Shown here: positions 14,130 through 28,101 of the stretch, piece by piece
Layout: each line of letters begins with the position of its first letter
How positions within the stretch are numbered: the stretch's first letter is position 1
NCBI RefSeq assembly: GCF_006345805.1
Contig: NC_043026.1
Location: 682,001 to 746,000, forward strand
Origin: Octopus sinensis
Taxonomy: Eukaryota
DNA length: 64,000 nucleotides
Direction: 5' to 3'
Position numbers and translations under genes: made by a program
Notes under the pieces: model-generated
What the model was told of the DNA's origin: nothing
Database searches by the model: none
Seen by the model: only the letters and a program-made list of their open reading frames with translations

Positions 14130-14790
14130 CAATTAGCCATCATGGATGATTAAAAAATGGATAGCAAAGATGTTCCTTGGTGAACAAGGTCCCCTGTTTT
14201 AGTACTGATATTAGAATGGAATTTGGACTTAAGAAATGAGGAATAATCTATTTAAAAAGAGACAAAAGGGGACACTCCCTAACAGGGATTGAAGTACCGA
14301 ACAGAGACTTAATGAAGCAAATTGAAACGGAAGGATGCAAATATCTTGGTGCACTAGAGTTCAACGAGATAATGACATAAGCGATGAAAGACCAACAGAA
14401 GATGGAGAATTTCCGAAGACTGGGGTATGTGTTTCGCTCAAAATTGAATGAATGCAATAAAATCCAAGCAGTTAATACGTGGCAATAGCATCACTTCGTT
14501 ATGGATCGGTAATTATAAAACGGCAAAAGAGATAAAAGAAAAAAATGAATAGCATGACCAGAAAAATGTTGAGAGTACACGGAGCCTTCCACACGAAGAG
14601 TGATACCAATAGGCTGTACTCGTCCAGAAGAAAGGGTGGGACAAGTTTGATCTGTTGTCAGGACTGTATCGAAGCAGAGGAAAATGGCCTAGGATGGTAT
14701 ATAAAAAATGATCTATATACACGCAGAAGAGAGTCGATTCATATGAAAAAGAAAGTTATCTCGGCGGAATTAATCATAATGATAATGAAA
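14130..14790 (+). mobile_element. Decayed R4/Dong-like reverse transcriptase fragment in gene A intron 1
   Basis: Remnants MDD, FSTDIRMEFGLKK, EGCKYLG and AFHTKSDTNRLYSSRRKGG. Confidence 0.7.
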
Positions 14791-14823
14791 AAAAAATAAT
14801 AATAGTAATAATAATTCACTTAC

Positions 14824-15161
14824 TTCTGTAGAAGGACATCTCGTTGCTGTCATTCGTGCTGACAACTGTCATGATATTTTTCGGTGAGTAATTCTTACAA
14901 ACACGGCTGACATTGTTGTAAGTGAAGAATTCCGATTGGCTGCTTAGAGAAATCGCGGCACATTTCAGTAGACATTGAGTGGAGGAGAATTGTTCTGTCG
15001 GAGGTTCCTGAAGGTAACGGTAGGAATACCCAGGAGCCAAAGATCTGTAGCTGCCTGTATAAAATTGCTGGTTTGAGGTAACGGTCAGAATTGTAGTAAG
15101 GGTTAATAGCAGCACTGTGGTCACGGTTGGAATGGTAGAAGGAAACTGGAACATCTTGGCT
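14824..15161 (-). CDS. Gene A first coding exon (ATG at 15154): signal peptide + PAN/Apple-like module
   Basis: Acceptor ttgattctag|AGCCAAGATG; MFQFPSTIPTVTTVLLLTLTTILTVTS is a hydrophobic leader; CLLKC...EFFTYNNVSRVCKNY fits the PAN C-x3-C...F-x-Y...C pattern; donor AGAA|gtaagt, phase 1; paralog at 33346-33682. Confidence 0.9.
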
Positions 15162-15230
15162 CTAGAATCAACAGAGGACTATTCATATAAATATTTGTGT
15201 GCGTGCGTGTGTGTGTGTGCGTGCGTGTGT

Positions 15231-15290
<60 letters not shown>

Positions 15291-15609
15291 GAAGATGAGG
15301 GAGAAAATTTAGAGAGAGAAGGAGAGGAAGGCAGAATTCAAAAGTGGGAGAGGTAAAGAGAAAGAGACTGTAGAGAAATTGATAGAGAGATAGAAATAGG
15401 GAGAAATAGATCCTGGTATAAGGAGACAGAGAAAGGGATAAGGGGACAAATGTAAAAAGAAAGATTAACAGATAAAAGAGAGTGAGAGTCATCGGAGAGA
15501 GAGTGAGAAACATAGAGAGAAGTAGAGGAGAGGAGAGCATAGAGAGGGGAAGAGAATAGGCTCTCTCTCTCTCTCTCTCACACACACACATGCACAAATG
15601 TAATCTTAC

Positions 15610-15700
15610 CTTTGTTGTGGGTAGACGCAGTGATTTTGCTATTCGTGGGCAACGAGAGACGTCAGGTCTGTCCACTATGACCGTCCAGTCATAAAATATG
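15610..15700 (-). other. Gene A upstream 5'UTR exon (5' boundary unknown)
   Basis: Donor AAAG|gtaaga; an in-frame TAG upstream of the ATG makes it non-coding; homologous sequence and donor precede gene B at 37843. Confidence 0.6.
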
Positions 15701-16369
15701 AAGGATGTCCACAAATGCCGCTTTCAGAATTACCACAGAAGTCACCACTGTCTGTAGATGTCAAGTGAGGACCCCTACGAATGACAATATTGTTCACTGC
15801 ATTCAAATGATACAGAGGCCGACTTATCCTTTTTTCCTTTCAGGCTCAATAAAACATGTAGTAGCTGAGCAGTGGGGTTCATATGATCAACTAGCCCTTT
15901 CCTACAAAATTTCAGACCTTGTGTTTATAGTAGAAGGAATATTATCTTCTGCTTCCAGAATTACCACAGATGTCGGCACTGTCTCCAGATATCAATCCAG
16001 AGTTCCTACAGATGACAATATTACCACTGTCTCTACAAGTGAAACCGGAGCGAAGGTTTTCGAACTGTTCACTGATAGCAGCACTGCTCGCTTCTGTCAC
16101 CAGTATCAGCAGATACGACAACTCTGTATAATGGTCAATAACATACACAGTGAGAGCAACACTGGTCATTAATCAAGTAATGCTTTCACCCACACGAAAC
16201 TAAACTAGTGTCTAACATGAATACGAACAGTCACACTTCACTGAGCACATTAGATACCTAAATGCACATTCGATGGGATGTGTTCGATATTCTTGTTGGT
16301 CGTGTCAGTGGTGTTGGTGCGTTTGATGTGACGCATATATATATATGTGTATATATATATATGAAAAAA

Positions 16370-17575
16370 TAAGTCAAAATAGAAAATGCTAAAATAATTT
16401 TATAGTGAACATTTCAGTACCGGTTTCGGTCATTTTGAGACCTTTTCAACTGTAACGATTAAATAATTAAATTTAGAAAAATTAGAAGAAAAGTTTTTTT
16501 AAAGGAATATTTCTATAGTAGTGTTCAGATATAAGTGGCATTCTGCCTTTCTCTGACTCCCTTGTTTGCACTTGTGTGTTGGAGGTCGTTGTGAATTCTT
16601 GGTAGGGTAGAAGAAGAAGAAGGCTGATGAGGAGAGAGGGTGGGAAAATCTGGGAGTGCCCTGATGGTCGTATTTTGAATGGTCAGTGGCGGCTAGCAGT
16701 CGCAGTTCAATTCAGGAGAATATTTCTATTGAAATGCTTGTTTATGGAATTTGCGTAGGTGTTATACTAAAAAGCATTTGTGACAAAGTTAAGAGGTAGA
16801 AGGTGGAGAAGTAGAAGAAGAAGAAGAAGGTGAAGAAGAAGAAGATGACGATGTTGATGATGATGATGATGAAGAAGAAGAAGAAGGAGAAGGAGAAGAT
16901 GATGATGATGATGATGGTGGTGATGATGATGACGACGATGATGATGATAATGATGATGATGAAAAAGAAGAGGAAGAAGAAGAAAAAAACAGAGAAGGGA
17001 GAATATGAATGGGTGAAAGTAGTGAGGTGTTGTATGACTTGAAGTTGGCATGTTATGGATTATAGCTGTGATTTTAGCTGTGATTAGTAATGGATTCTTT
17101 GGAATGTAATATTTGTGTGTGAATATTTCTTTTATTCTAAAGTTGAGGTATATTAATTGTTTGTCGTAGACCCGTTAAGAAGTGGCCTGTATTTTGTAAT
17201 AAAGAGAGTTTCTTTACTTATTCGTTGTCTCGCGGTTGTATCGTCCCTAAATTGGTAGAGGGGGAAAATCCTGAAGCTTTGTGTTTTTTTGTTGGCGCAA
17301 GTATCTATGTGTTGGCTAAAAGCTATTTTTCTGTTTTGGGGAATTTTTATCTGGGATCTGTGCAGGGCCATTCGTTTACGCAAACTATTTTTTGTTTGGC
17401 CTATGTACTGCTCTTGACACTCGGAGCAGGTTAGTGAGTATATTAGGTTCTCCGAAGCACATGTGAAGTTGCTTTTCACTGTAAACCGTTGTCCCTGTTT
17501 GAAGGAGAACTCTGATCCCTCAATTAGATAGTCGCATATCCCGCAATTGGGTCTTCCACATTTTTTTACTGTCGG
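16370..17575 (-). mobile_element. Penelope-like element 3' part: GIY-YIG endonuclease (17153-17479) and terminal repeat remnant
   Basis: FTCASENLIYSLTCSECQEQYIGQTKNSLRKRMALH...KETLFITKYRPLLN is a PLE-type GIY-YIG with the CxxC insert. Confidence 0.88.
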
Positions 17576-17682
17576 CTTCTGTGTTATATATATATATATA
17601 TATAAGTATATATATTATATATATGTAAATGTGTGTGTATATCTATGTATATATATACATATATATACGTATATATATATGT

Positions 17683-17740
<58 letters not shown>

Positions 17741-18236
17741 CAAAGAAATTCCGACTCTGTTTTTTATGCTTTATTTATATTCTTTATAATATTAAAGTAG
17801 AATATAGAATAAGTGTCACGTGACAACTTGTTTGGGCTGCCTGCTGGAGCCTAGCGGCAGGTATTTAAAGGGAAAAAATTGACAAGTCAGTCAGTCAGTC
17901 ACCGGCTGACACTCGCTGAAGATACATCGAAGAGGCCAGGGAACAGAAGAAAGAAGGAGAAAGAGGACATGCACCCAACACCAGAGCTGAAGACACCTCC
18001 GAAAAGACGGGGGCCCCGCCACGTCAAAACCGTAGAGAAATAGGGGCCGAAACTGGACGTGGTTCCTCCTGATGATGATTGAACTAACTGGATCCTATAA
18101 AGGAGCTGTTGTGGTAGCAGACCACGAAACACGGTTGTAATTCCCTATATAGTAAAATGAAATAAAGTATTGAATAGATGAAATGTTGAATATAAAATAT
18201 TTGGGGACTAGTATACTTTCATGCGTTATATATATA

Positions 18237-18296
<60 letters not shown>

Positions 18297-18845
18297 TAGA
18301 TAGATATAGATATATAGATATATGTGTTTATATGTATGTAGTATATATATATATATATATGTTTGTATGTATGTATGTATATGTTTGTGTGTATGCGTTT
18401 GTCACTCCAACATCGCTTAACAACCGATGCTGGTGTGTTTACGTCCCCGTAACTTATCTACATATACATCGTAGATAAAAAGAAAGAAAAAATAAAGAAA
18501 GGAGAAATGAATTTTCTGCAAGGGAAGTAAATTGGTGAGGGCCATAGGAGGGATTAATTTACGTTAAGTTTAAGACGAGGGAAGGGTACCAGGAACGGAG
18601 ATGAAAAAAAAAGGGAAAAACGCAGGCGGATGTTGTAGCCATTGACTTAACAAAAGATGAGATGGCCACATTTGGAATTATGTAAGTCATAGATCAGAGT
18701 TGATCTGGTGTTTGAGGAACTTCACAAACTCTTGCTCACTTCACAATGTAAACACACACACTAATCTTAACATCTATATCCCCTTATCATAATACATACG
18801 TTCACAGGCAAAACAGAATGCGATAGAAAAAAATTAAACACTTAC

Positions 18846-20067
18846 TTTCACTGGGGTTGAGGGCCGCCCCTACGCTCTTTAGGTGGTTATGTGAGGAGCT
18901 GATGACAGGATTGTTCATTAATGGCACAGCTTTTCTCTGCCCTTCCTGCCGTCTTCTACTGTAAATATTTTCTTCTATTACCAACTGTAGGGTCTACAGA
19001 TATCTAGGTTCTTTACAAATGCCAGTACTGGTCACTGCTCTCAGTCCTATGTTTTCTTATCATTATTACTTACAGATTCTGGTATGACCCTAAATGAATA
19101 AAACACAGAGGCTGTCCACTGCTGTCAGTACCATCCCATCAGATAAAGCTCGTTTACTTGTATGCCAGTATTTCTCTACTGAAGTGAAAACAAAAGCTTT
19201 TCAAAACGCCTCGTTTGCTCGTTATGTAGGAGAAAGTCCTTGAATTAAGAGAGACGTGCGCTTCACAAAAGATATAGAAAATACAGCTAAGTAGATACTG
19301 AAGGAGTTCTGATGTTAGTAACGTCGTTGCTGCGCTTTTTGTGATGCTGGCGTTATAGTATTAATGCCAGGTGACTGGATCTTTTGATGTTGCTGTTTCA
19401 CGTCGTTTCACTCAAGGCATCTATTGTAGAAATGCATTCAAATCCATCAACAAAGCTGGTGCAATGAGTACATAGATCTGAACCAGTGCACAATCAATTT
19501 TAACAACTGATATTTGACATATCAAACGATTTTTCTGCATTTTATGACAAATGCAGGCACAAACACACCGGCCTCCAACTTTTTCCATTGATCTTACAGA
19601 CATAAAAAGAACAGTTTTCACCAGTTTCTCACTACATGAAACATGGAAATTTTTTTTTACATGAAACATGGAAATTTTCGGTGCATGTTTATTATAAAGA
19701 TAACACAAACCCCTACTCACTCGAACATGCACACAGATAGATGGCGATTCAAAACATCCTGGCCATTGACTTGTAATTCGATGTTATACTTAATTATGGC
19801 TGAGTCTAGGTACACAGATAAGCTATGTATATATGTATCTGGTACTGATGAAGGGTAAGACCCTGAAACCAATACTGGTCTACTGGTCCTGCCACCACTG
19901 GAAGGGAGGTGTTCGATCCCTAGCGCGCAATATATCGGACACAGATATTGTGTCATGTTAACCATGTTGAGGTGGCAACAAACATTACCCACACGCGCAC
20001 ACATATATATATATACATACATATATGTATACATACATATATACATGCATATATATATATATATGTG

Positions 20068-20166
<99 letters not shown>

Positions 20167-20954
20167 CATTAGGTAAGTTATTTCCGAGTTCACAGGGGAA
20201 AGAAATTCAATTTAGTAGAACTGAAATGAATTTCTCGCTGTATTACATACATATATAGGTTTATGAGACAGAACCACCTTCAAGCAACTCAAACAACATT
20301 GAACGACATTATCTATGATGGAGAAATATAAGATTAAATTTTATCAAATTAATATCTACAAATACTATTCTAAGTCATATATTAAATTATATAGACAACG
20401 CACGTTTCATGACAATATATCTATCGGTATTGCTGAAATAGAAATTCAATACCATATCAATCCGACTATTTGTGTATGTGTCTCTTTACTAACGATCAGT
20501 TATCAAAATAGCTGATCTGCTGTTGTAATGAATCAGTGTACAATTAAATGAACGATTTGATGATGTACCTGTCTCTGTGTTCTTTATTATTGTTTGCAAG
20601 TTACATTCCTAATAATCTTCATAATCCAGGGAGTTACAGGTCACAAGATATAAAGCGTTGTTGTTAATACCAAACCATCATTGACGCTTATTAATACTTG
20701 ATGAGGCTAGCCGTAACTTGGAATATACCTGAGAGCTACCACGATACCCATCTGGATAATTTTATCCCTATACACTCATATAGTTTTCGGCAGGCTGTCT
20801 GAAGTATGCGCTCTGAGGGTTCAAATATATGTATGCCACTAGAGTTCCGCTTTGAGTTGGAGTTGAAGTTGTGAATTTTTGACTGATTTATCCAAAGTTG
20901 CAAGAAGAGTAGGTATGAGTTTAAGTACAAAACGAAAGGTAAACAATTTGACAT
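18846..20954 (-). pseudogene. Decayed multi-exon gene for a secreted or single-pass membrane protein (signal-like leader, EGF-like remnant, Thr-rich stalk, TM-like segment, basic tail)
   Basis: Exon-like blocks with splice signals at 20954-20569, 19862-~19585, ~19470-19300, 19178-19074 and 18958-18846. Remnants: MSNCLPFVLYLNSYLLFLQLW; CMFE*VGVCV...KFPCF**ETGENC; LCTHCTSFVDGFEC; MVLTAVDSLCVLFI; RRRQEGQRK. Multiple stops and frameshifts. Confidence 0.45.
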
Positions 20955-21397
20955 GCTTTGGTAAGGACACTTAATGTAATTTAGTTATATCTCTACCTTT
21001 ATAGCAAAAGTAAATTAAATGTCATTGTCAAGTCTTGCAAAATCATTTGTTTCTCCTTTCTACATTAACCTATACATACAGAATACAAACACACACACAC
21101 AAACTCATATTTATATATATATTTATATATTTATATTTATATTTATATATATATATATCTATATATATATATTTATATATATTTATATATATTTATATTT
21201 ATATTTAAAGTTATATATATAAATATTTATATATATAATGTCTATACGCATAAGAATATGTATATTACATATGCAAAAATATATACACACTTCCTCTTCT
21301 GCCACTTATCTCTCTCACACCATGTAGTTTTCTTTGTTTCTTTCTCTCGCTCAACTTCTCTCAGTTTATCTCTCTCTCACTCTCTCTTACTGTCTCA

Positions 21398-21457
<60 letters not shown>

Positions 21458-21888
21458 AATAATTTGTCAAAATCGTGCAGGAACAGGAAATCAGACGAAT
21501 TTGTCTGACATAACAATCTATGCTTTTACACATTCACTTAACTGAAAAGCGGCCATTTTGTCACAAAGACACCTAAAGGATTTTCTTTTGTTTTTCTTTT
21601 CGATTGCATCGATCCAAGGTCTTATGTCAGGTTTTTATTTCTTTTATCGATCTCTACTCACACAATGGATACGTTGCCTTTATGACAACAGTGTGTGCAT
21701 CATGAACCACAGGTTTGTAAAAGGATGCCGCTATTATGTTTACATAAATCCATCAATTAATACAAACAATCGTTCCGTTGTTGTGAGTAAATAGAGCGGA
21801 AAATTTTGATTACTGTAATCAATCGCGTTTCCTTCACACGCCTTCTATACTTGTATGTGCCACACGCACACAGATGTGTGTGTATAGG

Positions 21889-21954
<66 letters not shown>

Positions 21955-22034
21955 TGCATGCATATATATGTGTCTATATATATATATATATATCAGTATC
22001 TATGTTCAGGCATATATATCAGTATCTATGTTCA

Positions 22035-22075
<41 letters not shown>

Positions 22076-22110
22076 GTATAAGTGTATACACACACACACA
22101 CACACACACG

Positions 22111-22180
<70 letters not shown>

Positions 22181-22541
22181 CATATAATACAAAAAAGGAA
22201 AATGGAGAAATACACATTAATCAATAATCAACTACCAGATAATACCCAATCACATAATTTATTAACCCTTGATGTTCATATGTAGTGGTTTAATAAATTA
22301 TGTGATTGGATATTATCTGGTAGTTGATTATTGATTAAGGTGTATTTCTCCATTTTCTTATTTTGTATTATTAATTTGTGGTAAAACATTTTACCTTTGC
22401 CCATATAATACAATAAATGAATTAATGGCATCGCAATTCTTAACATTTATGTATTAACTTTGTTGGGTGCTTTACTAGCAGTATATTGGATATTTGTTAT
22501 CCCATGGTGGGTTGCACTCACAACCCTTATCTCAATTTGTA

Positions 22542-22627
<86 letters not shown>

Positions 22628-22629
<2 letters not shown>

Positions 22630-22880
22630 AATACAGGACCAGATACTGCAACAGCTTGGGTTTCAGAGGACCACAGCTCTTTAACATCCTCCCTAAATGC
22701 CTGAGAGACTTACATGGTGTGGATGTGGGTTTCTTTAAAACTAAACTGGATCTCTTCTTGTTGGGAGTCCCAGATGAACCTACCTCACGACAGGAGACGC
22801 GGATGCGGGCAGCAGCATCGAAGAACTCCCTTGTTGATCAAGTGCCACGTATCAGAGGTGGATTCACAAATTAGTGTAGC
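22628..22880 (+). mobile_element. 3' end of a non-LTR retrotransposon ORF (CR1/L2-like); second copy at 528-800
   Basis: NSLGFRGPQLFNILPKCLRDLHGVDVGFFKTKLDLFL..VPDEP resembles the LINE RT C-terminal tail. Confidence 0.7.
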
Positions 22881-22944
22881 TCATTCAGCGGTGGTGCACC
22901 AGCATGGCCGCGGCCTTCGGGCTAAAACATTTTTAAGGATTTAA

Positions 22945-22979
<35 letters not shown>

Positions 22980-23400
22980 CGCAGGAGTGGCTGTGTAGTA
23001 AGTAGCTTGCTAACCAACCACATGGTTCTGGGTTCAGTCCCACTGCGTGGCATCTTGGGCAAGTGTCTTCTGCTATAGTCCCGGGCCGACCAATGCCTTG
23101 TGAGTGGATTTGGTAGACGGAAACTGAAAGAAGCCTGTCGTATAATTCTATATATATATATATATATGTTTGTGTGTCTGTGTTTGTTCCCCTAGCATTG
23201 CTTGACAACCGATGCTGGTGTGTTTACGTCCCCGTCACTTAGCGGTTCGGCAAAAAGAGACCGATAGAATAAGTACTGGGCTTACAAAAAGAATAAGTCC
23301 CGGGGTCGAGTTGCTCGACTAAAAGGCGGTGCTCCAGCATGGCCGCAGTCAAATGACTGAAACAAGTAAAGGAGTAAGGAGTATATATATATATATATAT

Positions 23401-23758
23401 TACAAAATTAGAGAATGGAGAAATATACTTAAATCAGTAAAACATCAACTATCCGATGATACTCAATCCATACTTTAATACACCATTACATATGAGTAAA
23501 GGTGTATTAAAGTATGGATTGAGTATCATCGGATAGTTGATGTTTTACTGATTTAAGTATATTTCTCCATTCTCTAATTTTGTAGTATTAATTTACGGTA
23601 ATATTATTACCTTTATCCATATAATGCAATAGATGAACTGATTGTTTGACAATTTTTAACATCTATGTATTAATTTTGTTGGGTACCTATCTAGCAGTAT
23701 ATTGGATATATATTATCCCATGGTGGGTTGAATTTTCAACCCCTATCTCATTTTATAA

Positions 23759-23760
<2 letters not shown>
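23401..23760. mobile_element. 360-bp foldback element in a (TA)n run, present in copy B and absent from copy A
   Basis: 84-bp perfect arms (23401-23484 / 23501-23584) with a 16-nt loop; empty site at ~1270-1300. Confidence 0.85.
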
Positions 23761-23812
<52 letters not shown>

Positions 23813-25664
23813 TGTAGTTGTGTGAGTGTCTGTCTCCTACGATTTAGATTCCTAACTCCTCCCACATTTTGCGGTGCAGTTTAACCAAATTCGGGTATCT
23901 TATAGTCGTGATTAATATCGAGCCCGTCTGGCTATTAGCGCGCGTCTACGATGAGTCTTCGATTTTAAAAATAATTTAACATCATTTTTTATTCCATTTT
24001 AATGCATAATTTTTCGTGTGTCGATGGCGGCGGAGTTGGCGTCCATGGTCACACCTGCACCTGTGTTTGCTTCTCCCCCTTCTTCCCTCCCTCGTGAAGC
24101 TGTGGGGAAGGGAGTTTAAGGAAATCAACGTCGTAAAGCGTTGTCAAGGAGACCAGCGTTCTTTTAGAACAACAACTTCATGGCTTGAAGACACCAAAAC
24201 AGAAATGGCTAAGAAAGCCCGAATTGGCATCTATAAGAGAAGTAACTCTCTAAAAATGCTTATATAGTTATTTCCCTTACAAACCCGAGCAACGCCGGGC
24301 GATACTGCTAGTATTATATATAAATTTTTCCGTACTGTCGGATCTTACTCATAAAGTATTGAAATCTTACATGTATACCATTTTGCCTAAAAAAATGGAT
24401 CTACAAATTCAATATCCCTGCATATCTCACATCTATATTCTTTTCCCCACCTCACTCTCTATTTTGTATCATATCTAAATTAACTATTACTTATTTTTCA
24501 GTTTATTTGTTCGTGTGAGTGCCGCCATATTGACCTTATGTCAGCGCTGATCTTACTGATGGTTGGGGCTTTATCGAACTTATCGATCTAAGCCTTTTCT
24601 ATCACACAAACATGAATTCATTAAAACCTGAAAGCATATCGCGTAAACAATAGTCAACATAAGTTTCAAATTTTAACACAAGGCCAGCAATTTCATGTGT
24701 GGTCGATTTTATCTATCCTCAGTTTTTAGCTGATACCTATTTTATCGACCCGGAAACAAGGAAAGGAAAAGTCGACCGCGTCGGAATTTGAACTCAAAGC
24801 ACAAAGACAGACGAAATATCGCTAAGCATTATGCCCGCCGTGCTCGCAATTTGGCCAGCTCACCACCCGAACAACAATAGTCGTGGAGGCGCCATGGCCC
24901 AATGGTTAGGGCAGCGGACTCGCGGTCGGAGATCGCGGTTTCGATTCCCAGACCAGGCATTGTCTGTGTTTATTGAGCGAAAACACCTAAAGCTCCACGA
25001 GGCTCCGACAGGGGGTGGTGGCGACCCCTGTTGTACTCTTTCGCCACAACTTTCCCTCACTCTTTCTTCCTGTTTCTTGTCCCCGACTTCCTACGCAACC
25101 GCTGAGCCTGGATGCGCATTCATCCATCCGTCGATGCTCTCGGTGTAGGGGGTTGACCTGCTTTCTCTTCTGCGGGTCTTACGAATAGCAAAGGACCACG
25201 TTTCGGACTTCTCCAATCTTGCGAGCTCTGGGACGATGACCGTTCGCTCAACAGCAGCAGCAACAGCAACAACAATAGTCAATATAAGAATTAATTTAAC
25301 CAACCAGCCTTGTCTGGTGATTGTCAGATAATATGGGCTCGAAATTCTTAGACGTAATATTGAAAGATTGAGATAAATTAATATATCAAATATTTACTCT
25401 AACACATTGAATTTCCTATACTGTTTGCATACTACACACAAACACTATTACAAATCGTTCAACACAGATACTAGCTTTTAAGCGATGAGTTAACGATGGC
25501 TTAAAACATGAGCAACATGTCCACAAAATCCATACTCGTCGCTTCTTTTTAATCTTGTTCATTTCCAGATGACTTGCGGATATATATTTTTACATTATTC
25601 ATAGGAGTTGTGTTTCCCAGCATAAATAAAACATTTAACTGTTGTCTAGAAATAAATCTATATA

Positions 25665-25742
<78 letters not shown>

Positions 25743-25941
25743 GTGACCGCGTGTGTACCGTTGGTGATTTTTTTCCCTCTGTCTTCCCTTCTTTGGATCT
25801 TTCCTTCTCCTATGTTTCCGACGAAGAGCTCTGCTCGAAACGTTAAATCCTCCTTCTTTCCTTCTTTCCTGAGCGTCCAGTAATACTATATTTGTTCCAC
25901 GTCCTCGCGTTGTTGTGTTTTTTGTGCTTTCTGGTTTAGAT

Positions 25942-26048
<107 letters not shown>

Positions 26049-26763
26049 ATTATTATTTGAGGGAATAAAATCTAAAACTTACAAGGAAAAAAAATTCAAT
26101 TTAGAAATACTAAATCAAATTTCACACAATATAATTTATATATATAAAATTAGAAAAAAAACACCTTTTATCAATTCAAAAGGAACAATTAAATTACACC
26201 ATCTAGAAAATTACATATAATAGAAATATTTAAATTAAAATAACAGTAAATGATTAAGTAAATTGCAAAATATTAATAAAAACATATATAATTTGTATAT
26301 ATATATATATATATATATACCGGATTAAAAACATAAATGTGAAACAAGAATATATATATATATGATTATAATGGTGGTTAATAGAAGTCAATAATTTAAG
26401 CGTGGTTCATGTTATAGAAACAGTGATGGCAGTAATGATTCCATTGTTGTTGCTTGAGTTTTAACAACGGACGACAATTCGCAGCTGCTGTGGTGGTCGA
26501 TTGCTGTGGCGTAATGTGGTGCTTCGTGGTGGATGTTTTGGTCTTGTTTCTTTGGATACCGCGTGTACCAGTCCTTAGAGGGAAGCAGTTGAATAGAACA
26601 AAACAACAATGATGGCTGTGTGAAGTGGTAGGGTTAAGTCTCTGGAGTTGGTGTGCTGTTTAATAAAAGCTTTGGTTGTGACACTTGCAAAGATATCGAC
26701 TCAGCCTGACGATGAGTATGGATATGTATATATACATATATATATATATATTATATGCATACG

Positions 26764-26866
<103 letters not shown>

Positions 26867-27127
26867 ATATGTATATGCATACGTATGTAGCACGCCGGGC
26901 GAAATGCTTAGCGGTATTTCGTCTGCGTTACGTTGTGAGTTCAAATTCCGCCGAGGTCGACTTTGCTTTCATCCTTTCGGGGAGGTGTGTGTGTGTGTGT
27001 GGGTGGGGTGGCATTGATCAGTTGAATTGTGAGCATTGGTGGTGGTCGACTTGGGATCGGCCGATAGCAACAACAACAACAGTTAACACTCAGAATAGCG
27101 CTTGGTGTGGATATCCTGCGATCGATA

Positions 27128-27180
27128 TTAGTTCGATTTCATTCGAATGAATATGGCCATGGAATCAGCTGTTCCATATC
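27128..27180 (-). CDS. Gene B last coding exon ([17 protein letters not shown])
   Basis: Identical to gene A last exon; total 296 aa. Confidence 0.88.
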
Positions 27181-27227
27181 CTGAAAGTAACAACATCACC
27201 ATCTTTATCATTGTCGTCATCATCACC

Positions 27228-27258
<31 letters not shown>

Positions 27259-27276
27259 ACAACAACAACATCGTCG

Positions 27277-27312
<36 letters not shown>

Positions 27313-27937
27313 CACGTATACACACATACAGACAGAAGCATACCCCCTCCTCACAACACACACACACATATCATGAACCCAGTTAGCAACATATACTAAT
27401 ATGACAGAGGGGGGGGAAAGGGAGAGGGAAAGACATTACATTTGTAGTATGAGGGACGAAGTACCATCCACCTTCCTCTCAGGTTCTCTTGCAGCGTGGA
27501 CTTACATTTGAAAACACCCTAACCGCCTAACCCCTGGCCAAAACCTAAAGGTAAATTCCCTCTAGAACGTATGTCCACGCACGTCAGTAGAGCCCGACCA
27601 CCCCGAAGCAAAGAGGTCCTACTTCGCTTTTACCTCATCCTCCACAACATATAACTAGAAGAGAGAGAGAGAGAGGGAGGGAACGAGACAGACAGACAGA
27701 TAGATAGACAGAGAAGAAAATGGCTGAGTGAACGGAAGAAGCATTAAAACGAGACAAACATTAAAACGCGTCTAATGTGAAATAAATCGGCGTCGAATGA
27801 GAGACGCTGAACAGACGGCGCCAAAATGGCCGTAGTTCCTTATGCCGCATACACAATAGACTCAGCTCAATCTAACTCACTGAAACTTCGAAACAGAAAG
27901 CCAAGATAATAAAATAGACAGACGACGAAATACTTAC

Positions 27938-28101
27938 CGTTATACCATATGGTTTTCGACTTTGTGTTGGAGTATATGATCGCAGGGAAATAGCTTGATC
28001 TTTCCCAACCACATACATGGAATTTTTCATTAATAGACAACCAGCCGGCATCTCCGGGACATGCGTTATGAAAAGCTGACACATAGAATCGGCGGATCTT
28101 T
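27938..28101 (-). CDS. Gene B coding exon 4 (164 nt)
   Basis: Same splice sites as gene A exon 4; 7 substitutions. Confidence 0.9.

Noticed and set aside
18065-18140. Hammerhead at CCTGATGATG...CACGAAAC
   Set aside because: Core words are present, but stems I and II do not pair convincingly.
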